A stretch of 64,000 nucleotides of DNA from Deltaproteobacteria bacterium (lineage in GTDB: Bacteria > Myxococcota > Kuafuiibacteriia > Kuafuiibacteriales > Kuafuiibacteriaceae), in the NCBI GenBank assembly GCA_040218735.1, contig JAVJQW010000017.1, forward strand, positions 256,001 to 320,000, written 5' to 3'. Positions within the stretch are counted from its first letter, which is position 1. The number at the start of each line of letters is the position of its first letter. The notes beneath the pieces were generated by a model, which was given only the letters and a program-made list of their open reading frames with translations, did no database searches and was not told where the DNA came from. Of this stretch, positions 32,127 to 41,212 are shown in pieces. The position numbers and the translations under genes were made by a program.

Positions 32127-33445
32127 TGGTCGCCGCCCCGATCGACTTCTCTCGATACGCGCGCCGGGTGCGCAAGACGCGCTTCACGCGCGTGCGCGGT
32201 CGCGTGACGGAGATGACCGGCCTGATCATCAAGGCCGCGGTCCCGGGCGTGCGCATCGGGGAGCTCGTGGAGATCGTCAACCCGACGCACAGCCTGCAAG
32301 CCGAGGTCGTCGGCTTCCGCGACAAGGAAGTGATGTTGATGCCCTTCGGGTTCCCGGAGGGCGTCGGTCCGGACTCGGAGGTCGTGCCCTACGGGCGGCC
32401 GTTCGAAGTGCGCTGCGGCGAGGGTCTGCTCGGTCACGTCGTCAACGGTCTGGGCCAGCCGATCGACGGCGCGAGCCTCAGCGAGATCCGCGGGCTCGAG
32501 GACTGGGCCGTGGAACGCACGCCGCCCGATCCGCTGGATCGTGAGCGCGTGCTGGAACACATCGCGTTCGGCGTGCGCGCGATCGACGGGCTGCTGACGA
32601 TCGGTAAAGGTCAGCGCGTCGGGCTGTTCGCGGGCTCCGGTGTCGGTAAGTCGACCTTGATGGGGCAGATCGCCCGAAACACCGAGGCCGAGATCGTCAT
32701 CTGCTGTCTGATCGGCGAGCGTGGTCGTGAGGTGAAGGACTTCATCGAGGAGTCGCTCGGTGAGGAGGGGATGAAGAAGTCGGTGGTGGTCGTGGCGACC
32801 TCCGACGAGTCCTCGCTCGTTCGTCAGAAGTCGGCGTTCGTCTCCACCGCGATCGCGGAGTGGTTCCGCGACCAGGGCGCGCGGGTGTTGTTGATGATGG
32901 ACTCGACGACGCGCTTCGCGCGTGCGCAGCGCGAGATCGGCTTGGCGGTCGGTGAGCCGCCGGCGCGCCAAGGTTATCCGCCGTCGGTGTTCTCGCAGCT
33001 GCCTCGGTTGTTGGAGCGCACGGGCAACTCGTCGAAGGGATCGATCACGGCGCTGTACACCGTCCTCGTCGCGGGCGGTGACATGGAAGAGCCGATCTCC
33101 GACGAGGTCCGCGGTATCCTCGACGGCCACATCATCCTCAACCGTGCGCTCGGCGCGCGGAACCACTGGCCGGCGATCGACATCCTGCCGTCCCTGTCGC
33201 GTGTCGCGACGGGCATCATCGCCCCCGAGCACCGCGAAGCGGCGGCGAAGCTCCGCGAGGTGCTCGCGACGTACGAGAAGCAGCGCGACCTCATCCTCCT
33301 CGGCGCGTACCAGTACGGCACGGACCCGGCGACCGACTACGCGATCGACAAGATCGACATGGTCGAGGCGTTCCTCCGGCAGCGCACCGAGGAGAACTCG
33401 CCGTTCGAAGAGTCGATCCAGATGCTGGTCGGCTTGTTCAACTGA
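32126..33445 (+). CDS. sctN: T3SS ATPase SctN (FliI family)
   Basis: GQRVGLFAGSGVGKS, IGERGREV, DSTTRFARA, GYPPSVF, LDGHIIL. Confidence 0.97.
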   Translation: MVAAPIDFSRYARRVRKTRFTRVRGRVTEMTGLIIKAAVPGVRIGELVEIVNPTHSLQAEVVGFRDKEVMLMPFGFPEGVGPDSEVVPYGRPFEVRCGEGLLGHVVNGLGQPIDGASLSEIRGLEDWAVERTPPDPLDRERVLEHIAFGVRAIDGLLTIGKGQRVGLFAGSGVGKSTLMGQIARNTEAEIVICCLIGERGREVKDFIEESLGEEGMKKSVVVVATSDESSLVRQKSAFVSTAIAEWFRDQGARVLLMMDSTTRFARAQREIGLAVGEPPARQGYPPSVFSQLPRLLERTGNSSKGSITALYTVLVAGGDMEEPISDEVRGILDGHIILNRALGARNHWPAIDILPSLSRVATGIIAPEHREAAAKLREVLATYEKQRDLILLGAYQYGTDPATDYAIDKIDMVEAFLRQRTEENSPFEESIQMLVGLFN

Positions 33446-33456
33446 GGATTTCGACT

Positions 33457-33942
33457 TTGGCGAAGTACCGACTCCAGACCCTCCTCGAGATCCGCGAGCG
33501 CGCGGAGGAAGACGCCAAGCAGGCGTTCGCCGCCGCGATGGCGCAGCTCAAGCAGGAGCAAGATCTCTTGCAAGAGCTGAAGGACGAGCTCGAACGCATG
33601 ATCGAGGACCGTCACCGCCGCCGCGAGGAGTACGCGAACAAACTCGCGTCGGGGGAGATGAAGGTGACGGACCAGGCCGCCGCCTACCGCTTCATCGACC
33701 GCCTCAAGGAGAAGGAAGTCGAGCAGAAGGGGCGCATCGACGCGCAACGCGAGAACGTGCGCGAAGCCGAAAAGCACATGAAGCGCGCACAGGACGCGCT
33801 CATCCAGGCGACCCAGGACCTCAAGGCGCTGCAGAAGCACAAGGAGAACTGGGAGGCGCAGGTGAAAAAGGAACGCGCCATGCGCGAGGCCGAGCAGCTC
33901 GACGAGATCGCGCAGACGATCTACCAGCAGCGGAACAAGTAG
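33457..33942 (+). CDS. sctO: T3SS stalk SctO (FliJ family)
   Basis: KYRLQTLLEIRERAE..., coiled coil, EAEQLDE; directly after sctN; TTG start. Confidence 0.85.
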   Translation: MAKYRLQTLLEIRERAEEDAKQAFAAAMAQLKQEQDLLQELKDELERMIEDRHRRREEYANKLASGEMKVTDQAAAYRFIDRLKEKEVEQKGRIDAQRENVREAEKHMKRAQDALIQATQDLKALQKHKENWEAQVKKERAMREAEQLDEIAQTIYQQRNK

Positions 33943-34003
33943 CGTTCGCGCGGTTCAGCGGCTCGAGATGCCCCGCGAGCGCGTCGAGTTTCGATGGTCG
34001 TGG

Positions 34004-34927
34004 TCAAGGGAGCTCGGAGACCACCACGCGGTAGTCCTGGCCGGCCGTCACGAGGTGGCCGCGGTGGAATGCGGCCGCCGTGACGTCGCGTCCACCGTGC
34101 ACCACGAAGGACGCGACGCGCTGACGCGCCTTCACGTCGATCACCGCGACCTCGCCGCCCGGCACGCCCACGGCGACACGCTGCGCATCGATGAACACCG
34201 GAGCGCTCCACGGGCGCTCGACCGTCCCCCGCGTCGCGTCGCGAACCACGACGTTGCCCTCCGGGGAGAGGTTCGTCTCGAAGGCGCCGTCGAAGCCGAA
34301 CACCGTGAGGTCGCGCGCGGTGAACGCCATGAGGTCACCGGTGGGCGAGGTGGCGATCGCGCTCATGCCGTCGGTGGGTTCCGCGATCTTCGGGCCTTCG
34401 ACACGGACGAGGTGATCACCTTCCAGCGCCGCGTACGCCACGTGGGAGCCGCCCTGGCGGACCGCCGCGCAGACCAGGCGGGTGCCGTCGAAGGCGAGCG
34501 AGACGTTGCGCTCGCCGCCGAAGCTCTCGAGCGCGACGGTCTCGTCGCCGAAGAGCCAGAGGATCTCTGCGTCCCCGACCGCCGCGACGCGGTCGCCGAC
34601 GAAAGTCACCGCCTGCACCTCGTGGCCGGCGGGTTTGGCGATGATCCGGACGCGCTCGCCGGCTTCGACATCCCACACCTCGATGTCCCCCGCGCCCACG
34701 ACGACCGCGCGGCGACCGTCGAACGCGCAGTCGTGCACGATGTCGAGATCACACTCGAGGCGGTGACGAAGCGTGAAGTCGTCGCCCCACACGAAGAGCG
34801 TCCCGTTGGAGTCGGCGCCGACGAGCGTCGTGCCGTCCTCGGAGAAACGGAGCGCGACGATGTGCTCGACGTCGTCTTCGATGACCCGACCCACGTTGGA
34901 CGTGACCTTAGCAGCTACGAAATTCAT
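34004..34927 (-). CDS. WD40-like beta-propeller protein, candidate immunity protein
   Basis: ALRFSEDGTTLVGADSNGTLFVW, GDIEVWDV and AIATSPTGDLMA repeats; starts 10 bp after the toxin stop; no signal peptide. Confidence 0.7.
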   Translation of the reverse strand: MNFVAAKVTSNVGRVIEDDVEHIVALRFSEDGTTLVGADSNGTLFVWGDDFTLRHRLECDLDIVHDCAFDGRRAVVVGAGDIEVWDVEAGERVRIIAKPAGHEVQAVTFVGDRVAAVGDAEILWLFGDETVALESFGGERNVSLAFDGTRLVCAAVRQGGSHVAYAALEGDHLVRVEGPKIAEPTDGMSAIATSPTGDLMAFTARDLTVFGFDGAFETNLSPEGNVVVRDATRGTVERPWSAPVFIDAQRVAVGVPGGEVAVIDVKARQRVASFVVHGGRDVTAAAFHRGHLVTAGQDYRVVVSELP

Positions 34928-34937
34928 TGCGGATCCC

Positions 34938-37900
34938 TCACTGGTGGAAGACTTCGATCTGGACGTTCGGATAGTCCGTCCGGAACTTCGACATCACGCG
35001 CTGACACGACGGGCACGGCGGCAGCTCCGTGAAGATCCGCAGCCGCGCGTCGGCGCCCTTCGGCAGCTTCGACAGCGCATCGTTCACCAACCCCATCAAC
35101 CGCACCTCGGAGTCGTTCATGCGCGACATCTTGTGCTGCCCGGGCACGTCCTCCAGCACCCGCGCCTCCGCCTCGTACGGGTTCCCGGGCACCCCTTCAT
35201 CGGGACCGCCACCGCTCCGACGCGGACCGATCGGCTGCCGCACACCGTCGACCTCCAGCTCCGCGTACGCCCGGTTCGGCTTCTCACCGTCCGGGAGCTT
35301 CAGCTTCTTCACCTCCTCGACGGGGTTGCGGTCGAAGGCGCCAGGACGTGCGTCCGAGATCGGCGATACCTCGATGCCGGCGGTCTTGCGGATCGACTCG
35401 TACATCGCCTGCTGCGACGCCTTGTACTCGTCCATGAACGCCTGACGCGTCGCCTTCTCGTTGGCCTCCCACGTCTCCTTCGCGCGCTGCGCCTGCGCGA
35501 GCTCCTCGTCGGAGAGCCGGCCCGGCGGGCGCTTGGGTTTGTCACCCATCGTCCCGTACTCGGTCGCGAGGCGGCGGCTCTTCTCACTCGCGCTGAGGAA
35601 CTCACGCGCGGCGGATGCGTTGGCGTCCGTCGGGTTCTGCTCGACGAGTTTCTTTGCGAGGCGGACGTCCTCCGCCATGCCCTCGACGCGCTTGCGCTGA
35701 CTGGCCGCCTGTTTGCCGGTGTGTGGCCACTGATCGAGCGCCCGGTCGAGATCCTTCCCGGCGACGTCGAGCTGTTTCAGGATGTCGTCGGCGAAGGTCG
35801 ACGGCTTGAGCTTCGCGCGCTCCGGAGCGTCGAGCTTCTTGGGCGCCGGTCCGTCGACGTCCGCCTTCGCCTTACCGCGCCACAGGCGCCCCAGCCCGTT
35901 CGTCGCGCCCTGCGACAGCGGGTTGAGGATCGCGCCGAACGCAGCGCCGCGGAGCCCGTTCATGTTCGCTTCGCTGAGACTCTTGCCGTCGAGCAGCGAG
36001 TTGGAGGTCCCGACGATGTAACCATCGACAGCGCCCTCGCCGATCGTCGTGCCGCCCCAGATGCCGGCGCGTGTGAGCATCGAGACGCTCTGCCCGGTTG
36101 CCAGCTTCGTCGCCTGGTTCGCGAGCATCCGCTGCGCGGCCTGACGCGCGAGCATGTTCGTGCCGGTCGCCGACAGCCCGTTGATCCCACCCTTGAGCAG
36201 ATCGAGGGCGACGTTCCCATCGTACTCGCCGCTCCCGGTCCATGCGTCGAGGCCCTTCGTCCCGACCTTCGTGATCGCACCCGCCGCCGCGCCGACGAGC
36301 AGCGACGCACCACCGGTGAACGGCGCCGCCGCGGCCGCGGTGAGCGCGACGCCCACGGATGCGAAGTCCGAGATTCCTTCCACCCAGTTGCTCTGCGACT
36401 TCTGGAAGCGCTGGATGTGATCCGGGACCGCCTGAATCTTGTCGTTCAGGTTCGTGACGCGGTCGCGGTACGCCTTCACGAAGTCTTCGTGCGAGCCCTT
36501 GAAGTTCGCGAGGTTCTCGACGTCGCGACGCGCGCGGTACGCGTCGTGAATCGTTCGCACGACCGCGTTGCTCCCGAGCTCGGAGTCGATCAGCCACCCA
36601 TCCTTGCTGCCGAGGTTGTTCTTGATCGCATCGGCGAGGTCACCGACGACCCCCTGCTCGCGCAGGATGCGGTCGAACGTACGGTCGAGCCGGTCGACCT
36701 CCTTGCCCACGTTCTCGACGAGGCTCTTCCGCAGCTTCCCCTCGAGCTGCTCCACGGAGAACCGCGTGTAGTCCTCGCTGACCTGCGCGTGCTGTGCGTC
36801 GGACAGGTCGTCCATCGACTTCTTGAGGTAGGGGATCGGGTTGTTCGGCTCGGCGCGCGCGGCCTTCATCCGCTCCGCGATGTCCGAGTCCTCGAGCCCC
36901 GCGGCGCGCATCTCACGCTCGTCGCGGTAGTACAGCTCGGAGGTCGGCGCGGGAGACTTCACCTCTGGCGCCGTCCAGGTCGGCGCCGCCTTCCGCTCGC
37001 CGAACAGCCCGGAGTCGAGTGAGAAGTCGTGTTTCTTGCTCGGGTGGCAGTCGTAGCACTTCTCGCCGGTCATGAGGCGCGACAGCTGCGCCGGGTCGAG
37101 CTGCGGACGCTGAGCTGCTTCGTGCTGCTGTACCCGCTCGCGGAATCCTTCGAACGAGTTGGGATCGCGATCGAACAGCTCTCCGTTGTCGCGTTTGTAG
37201 CCGTCGATCTCCGACAGCGCGCGGAAGCGGTCGTAGCTACTGACCTTGGAGATGTCCTTGCCGGCGACGTCGGCGAGGAACGCTTCGCGGTCGACGCCGT
37301 AGAACGGGCTGTCGTCGCCCCAACCGTTCTTCGTGTACTCACTGTCGAGGCGCGCGTGGTGCGGACGAATCTTCTTGTCGAGCTCCTTCAGGCGGAAGTT
37401 CGCGACGTGATCGTCGTAGACCTGCCGTTGCTCGGCGGTCATCTGCTCCGGCTGGATCTTCAGGCGCTGCCGCGGGTCGCCGTTCGACAGCTCGAGCCGG
37501 AAGCGCAGCGCGCTCTCGTCCTGGTAGCGCTTCGCGAGCTGGTCATACTGCTCGGTGCCCTTCCGCACGCTGGGGTGATCGGTGCGGATCTTGTTGTCGA
37601 TCGCGGTGTCGAGGCGTTCGCGAGCGCCGGCGTGGATGTCGCGGAGGGTGTTGGCCTGCGTGAAAGGCGACGACAGCGAGAACGGCTCGGTCTTCTTGTC
37701 GGGGTGGCAGTCGTAGCACTTCTCGGTGTTGGCGAAGATGTTCCGGCGATCGATCCGGTCGAGCCGGTCGTCCGGCTCGACCGCGGTGTCCTTCGACGCC
37801 CACTTCGCCGGGTCGAAGAGCCGCGCCTGCTCTTCGCGTGAGTAGAACAGGTCGTCGTGCCCGGGCTGCACGCCGGTGACCGGGTCGTAGGTGTTCGCGT

Positions 37901-38981
37901 CCGCCGGGCGATGCGCACGGATCGTCGACAGCGCCGCCTTCGAGTCGCGGTGGGAGAGGTCGGAGACCGGCGTCTGCTCGAGCTGCGAGATGAACTGCTG
38001 CGTCCCCTCGGACATCGGGCGCCGCACGAGGTCGTGGGCGAGCTGCTGCATGCGCTCGCGCGACTCGGGCGCGAGCTCCTTCGCGCGCGAGGCCTCCTGC
38101 AGGCGGTTCGACTCGCGCAGCCGGAAGTCACGCTCGTACTTACGCGCCTGCGGCATCTCGTCGGCGGCGAGGCGATCGGAGTAGCGCTGCGCCTCTTCGG
38201 CGCGCTCCACGGGGCTCATGCCCTGGACGGTCGATTCGAAGCCACGGTCGAGCTCGGCCCGGACCGCGTCGTGGTTCACCGGCTTCGGGCCGACGCGTTC
38301 CGTAGGCCGGAACTTCGCGAGCGCCGAGAAGTCGAGCGGGGTGAAGTCCTCCTTCTTGTCCGGGTGGCAGTCGCGGCAGTCGACGCTGTTCCGCAGCGGA
38401 TCCCGGAACGGGTTCTTGGTGAGGGACTGAAGGGCGTCGGTCGGCTGCGGCTTCTCCTTCGTCTTCGCGAGGTAGTCCTCGAGGCTGCGGATCTGTCGAT
38501 CCATCGTGTCCTTGAACTCGGCGTCGTTGTTGCGGCGGTGGCGGTCGTGGAGCTGTTGGTAGGTCGGGAGTGCATCACTCGGCGTGGTGTCGCTCCGCGT
38601 CTTCTCCTCCTCGGCCGGCGCCCGGGTTTGGACGGGCCGCCCCTCGGCGAGGTGTGTCTCGGTTCGGCGGAGCTCCGTCGCTTCGTCCGTGACCTGACGT
38701 TCCGGTTGCTCGCGAACCTTCGGCCGCTCTGCGCCGGTGGTGTGATCCTGTTTCGCGACGCGTTGGTCCGCATCGTTGGCGGGCGGCTGGTAGTCGTCGC
38801 CCTTCGCCTCCGGCGTGCCCTTCGCGCCTCCCGCGCCGCCCTGCCCCGCTTTGTCGCCCGACTGCGGCGGTGGCGGTGGTTTGGTCTGCTCCTCTTGTTT
38901 CTTCTTCTCGATGCGCTGGAGCGCGAGCGCGATCCGGTCTTCTGCGGTCCCACCGAGGGGAAGTGCATTCACGGGCGGCAT
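34938..38981 (-). CDS. Polymorphic toxin-like protein: three CxDCH motifs, glycine-zipper TM region, C-terminal deaminase (BURPS668_1122/Toxin-deaminase-like)
   Basis: RMNDSEVR (DSE 35106-35114) ... RIFTELPPCPSC (35004-35018) ... FRTDYPNVQIEV; AAAPFTGGASLLVGAAAG; CxxCH at 38364, 37704 and 37044; ATG 38981 chosen because the longer ORF overlaps sctP antisense. Confidence 0.85.
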   Translation of the reverse strand: MPPVNALPLGGTAEDRIALALQRIEKKKQEEQTKPPPPPQSGDKAGQGGAGGAKGTPEAKGDDYQPPANDADQRVAKQDHTTGAERPKVREQPERQVTDEATELRRTETHLAEGRPVQTRAPAEEEKTRSDTTPSDALPTYQQLHDRHRRNNDAEFKDTMDRQIRSLEDYLAKTKEKPQPTDALQSLTKNPFRDPLRNSVDCRDCHPDKKEDFTPLDFSALAKFRPTERVGPKPVNHDAVRAELDRGFESTVQGMSPVERAEEAQRYSDRLAADEMPQARKYERDFRLRESNRLQEASRAKELAPESRERMQQLAHDLVRRPMSEGTQQFISQLEQTPVSDLSHRDSKAALSTIRAHRPADANTYDPVTGVQPGHDDLFYSREEQARLFDPAKWASKDTAVEPDDRLDRIDRRNIFANTEKCYDCHPDKKTEPFSLSSPFTQANTLRDIHAGARERLDTAIDNKIRTDHPSVRKGTEQYDQLAKRYQDESALRFRLELSNGDPRQRLKIQPEQMTAEQRQVYDDHVANFRLKELDKKIRPHHARLDSEYTKNGWGDDSPFYGVDREAFLADVAGKDISKVSSYDRFRALSEIDGYKRDNGELFDRDPNSFEGFRERVQQHEAAQRPQLDPAQLSRLMTGEKCYDCHPSKKHDFSLDSGLFGERKAAPTWTAPEVKSPAPTSELYYRDEREMRAAGLEDSDIAERMKAARAEPNNPIPYLKKSMDDLSDAQHAQVSEDYTRFSVEQLEGKLRKSLVENVGKEVDRLDRTFDRILREQGVVGDLADAIKNNLGSKDGWLIDSELGSNAVVRTIHDAYRARRDVENLANFKGSHEDFVKAYRDRVTNLNDKIQAVPDHIQRFQKSQSNWVEGISDFASVGVALTAAAAAPFTGGASLLVGAAAGAITKVGTKGLDAWTGSGEYDGNVALDLLKGGINGLSATGTNMLARQAAQRMLANQATKLATGQSVSMLTRAGIWGGTTIGEGAVDGYIVGTSNSLLDGKSLSEANMNGLRGAAFGAILNPLSQGATNGLGRLWRGKAKADVDGPAPKKLDAPERAKLKPSTFADDILKQLDVAGKDLDRALDQWPHTGKQAASQRKRVEGMAEDVRLAKKLVEQNPTDANASAAREFLSASEKSRRLATEYGTMGDKPKRPPGRLSDEELAQAQRAKETWEANEKATRQAFMDEYKASQQAMYESIRKTAGIEVSPISDARPGAFDRNPVEEVKKLKLPDGEKPNRAYAELEVDGVRQPIGPRRSGGGPDEGVPGNPYEAEARVLEDVPGQHKMSRMNDSEVRLMGLVNDALSKLPKGADARLRIFTELPPCPSCQRVMSKFRTDYPNVQIEVFHQ

Positions 38982-39257
38982 GTCGCGCAAGATGAGTTGC
39001 AATGCCCGGCCCGCCGCCCAAGCTCGCGAACTTCGGTGTGTCGGCGGCGGACCTGTAGCGCGCGCCCCTCGGACCTGCGGCGTCGGCGCCCGTGGGGCGA
39101 CGTGGGCAGATGAAGGCCTTGGTTGGACCCGCACCGACGTCCCCAACGGAAAATGCTCGTGAAACCGGGGTCTTGGACCGTTCGTCCAGCGCGCCGAGAT
39201 TCGGAAGCAACGAAGCACAACGAACGATCGATAATCCCCATCAAAGGGAGCCGTTGC

Positions 39258-40139
39258 ATGAGCCGCGTCGACGACAACAGCGACAACCGCCGCATCCGCG
39301 AGATGAACGAGGCGGCGCACAACAAGAAGATCCGCAACGAGAAGAAGAGCGCCGAGGCCCGGGGCGAGCAGACGTTCCGCGAGGTCATGCAGAAGAAGGC
39401 GCGCACCGAGACCGCGCAGCGGAACCAGGCCAAGGAGACGGAGAAGGAGAAGGGGGCCGAGGGTGAGTCGGTGCTCGACCGCATCCGCAAGCGCGCTCCG
39501 AAGAAGAGCGTCGAGCGCGACCGCCGGCAGGCGCTGCAGCGCTCGATGCAAGGTGGCTTGCTCAAGAAGAAGGCGCTCAAGGCCGGCGAGGACGCCCGCG
39601 CCGAAGCCGCCCGCGGCGAGGAGCTGAAGACCGGCGCAGACAACGAGCTCGAGCGCGTCGAAAAGGAAGTGCGCAAGGAAGACGAGCACGAGACGGTGCG
39701 CAGCGACGAGAAGCAGGCCGAGGTCATGCAGGAGGCCCGCGCCGACGTCCCGACCGAACGCGCCGACCCCGACGGTCGCCGCCAGCAGCGCCAGAGCCAA
39801 GGCAAGTCAGGCGACGGGAGGGACAACAACGCGCAGGCCATCCAGAACGCGCGCCGCGCGGGCCGCCCGGCGATCCCGCAAGAGGTCCTGCAGCGTCTGG
39901 TCTCCGCGATCTACAAGGCGGTCAACGCCGACGGGCGCACCAGCATGCGCATCACCCTCAAGGGCGGAAAGCTCGAGGGCGTCACGGTCGACATCAAGTC
40001 CGAGGGCGGCAAGGTGAGTTGTGAGTTCGGCAACTGCCCGAAGGAGCTGAAGTCGATGCTGAAGAAGGGCACCTCGCAGCTGGCGAAGGGCCTGTCGCGG
40101 CGAGGGTTGAAGCTCGAGCGACTCAGCGTCCGCGACTAA
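39258..40139 (+). CDS. sctP: SctP/FliK-like ruler / substrate-switch protein
   Basis: Charged low-complexity N-terminus; C-terminal FliK_C-like MRITLKGGKLEGVTVDIKSEGGKVSCEF...LAKGLSRRGLKLERLSV; GGGAG RBS; position between sctO and sctQ. Confidence 0.7.
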   Translation: MSRVDDNSDNRRIREMNEAAHNKKIRNEKKSAEARGEQTFREVMQKKARTETAQRNQAKETEKEKGAEGESVLDRIRKRAPKKSVERDRRQALQRSMQGGLLKKKALKAGEDARAEAARGEELKTGADNELERVEKEVRKEDEHETVRSDEKQAEVMQEARADVPTERADPDGRRQQRQSQGKSGDGRDNNAQAIQNARRAGRPAIPQEVLQRLVSAIYKAVNADGRTSMRITLKGGKLEGVTVDIKSEGGKVSCEFGNCPKELKSMLKKGTSQLAKGLSRRGLKLERLSVRD

Positions 40140-40424
40140 GACCCACCACCCGCGCCCCCCCAAAAGCCGAAAACACGCGCTCCGTCACATCGCCCGGCTG
40201 CGAATTCGCGCAGCGACGTGACGTGCGCAACACCGCGCGATTTCTCGCCGTTTCGGCGCAACCTCCGCAGCCCTCGAACCGATACACACCAACGATACGA
40301 TCAAGGTGACGGGTGAGTTCTTCGAGCTCACACGTCGCAACGGATCGGTTCCACCAAAACGTAACGAGCTTTGCCGGGAGAGGTGCGTCCGCACCGATCC
40401 GGCGATGGGATGGAGGGGTGCGCC

Positions 40425-41120
40425 ATGCGCATTCGATGGACACTTGTACTCACCACGATCGTGCTCCCTGCGATCGGACTCACCGCGTGCGGGGGTGAGG
40501 TCGACATGACTTTGCACGAGCCGCTCGCGGTCGCGCCGCTCAGTATCAAGCCGGGTTGTTTCAGCCCGATCGTCACGCTCGCGCCGTGTGACGACGAGTC
40601 GCCCGACGAATGCGAACAGTCACGCGAGGCGAACGCGACGATGCAGGCGAACATCTCCGAGATCACCACGCAGCTCCGATCCGTCGTCGAAGTCATCCGC
40701 GCCGCGCCGAACGACGCGCTGTGGTCCGCGACCTATACCTGGCCGCAGCCGCACGAGCTGACTTCGACCTTCACGATCACCGCCGAGAAGCGCGGCACGC
40801 CGAGCGGCGCGTTTACGATCTCGGCGCACGACGTCGGTACTTATGCACCCGGGCTCGACCTCCCGACCGAGATCGACGGCTTCCGCGAGATGTACGGCTT
40901 CTACACGCCCAACTTCACGATGGTCGACGTCGGCGACGGCGTCCTCCGCTGGACGGAGCACGCCCTCACCGCCGGCTCGTTCTACCGGGGCTGCGACCCC
41001 GAGAGGAACGTGAGCTTCGACCAACGCTTCCTGGACGACGGCACGTTCGATCTCTTCTGCTGGGAAAACGACGGCGGCAACGCCGTCGACTGCACCACGA
41101 TCGACCTGTGGCCGAAATGA
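40425..41120 (+). CDS. Hypothetical lipoprotein
   Basis: IGLTAC lipobox, GGAGG RBS, paired Cys. Confidence 0.65.
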   Translation: MRIRWTLVLTTIVLPAIGLTACGGEVDMTLHEPLAVAPLSIKPGCFSPIVTLAPCDDESPDECEQSREANATMQANISEITTQLRSVVEVIRAAPNDALWSATYTWPQPHELTSTFTITAEKRGTPSGAFTISAHDVGTYAPGLDLPTEIDGFREMYGFYTPNFTMVDVGDGVLRWTEHALTAGSFYRGCDPERNVSFDQRFLDDGTFDLFCWENDGGNAVDCTTIDLWPK

Positions 41121-41212
41121 CTCGGCAAGGGCGCGCAGCGACCGCGCAGCGTGGCGTACCCGCGCGAAGGGCCGCAGGCCAGCTTGCCTGGCCGATAACG
41201 GCCAAGATCGAA

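Noticed and set aside
37044-38378. Calling the large gene a multiheme cytochrome c
   Set aside because: No export signal, motifs 220 aa apart, and a toxin-type C-terminus
39226-39241. CGATAAT/CCCCAT upstream of sctP as a sigma28 or sigma32 promoter
   Set aside because: No matching -35 element at the right spacing
38982-39800. 5' extension of the toxin ORF (1620 aa in the track)
   Set aside because: It is the antisense shadow of sctP plus intergenic DNA; ATG 38981 is more plausible
40140-40424. 285-bp intergenic region after sctP as ncRNA or terminator
   Set aside because: Only short palindromes (GCGAATTCGC); no convincing hairpin with U-tract or known RNA motif
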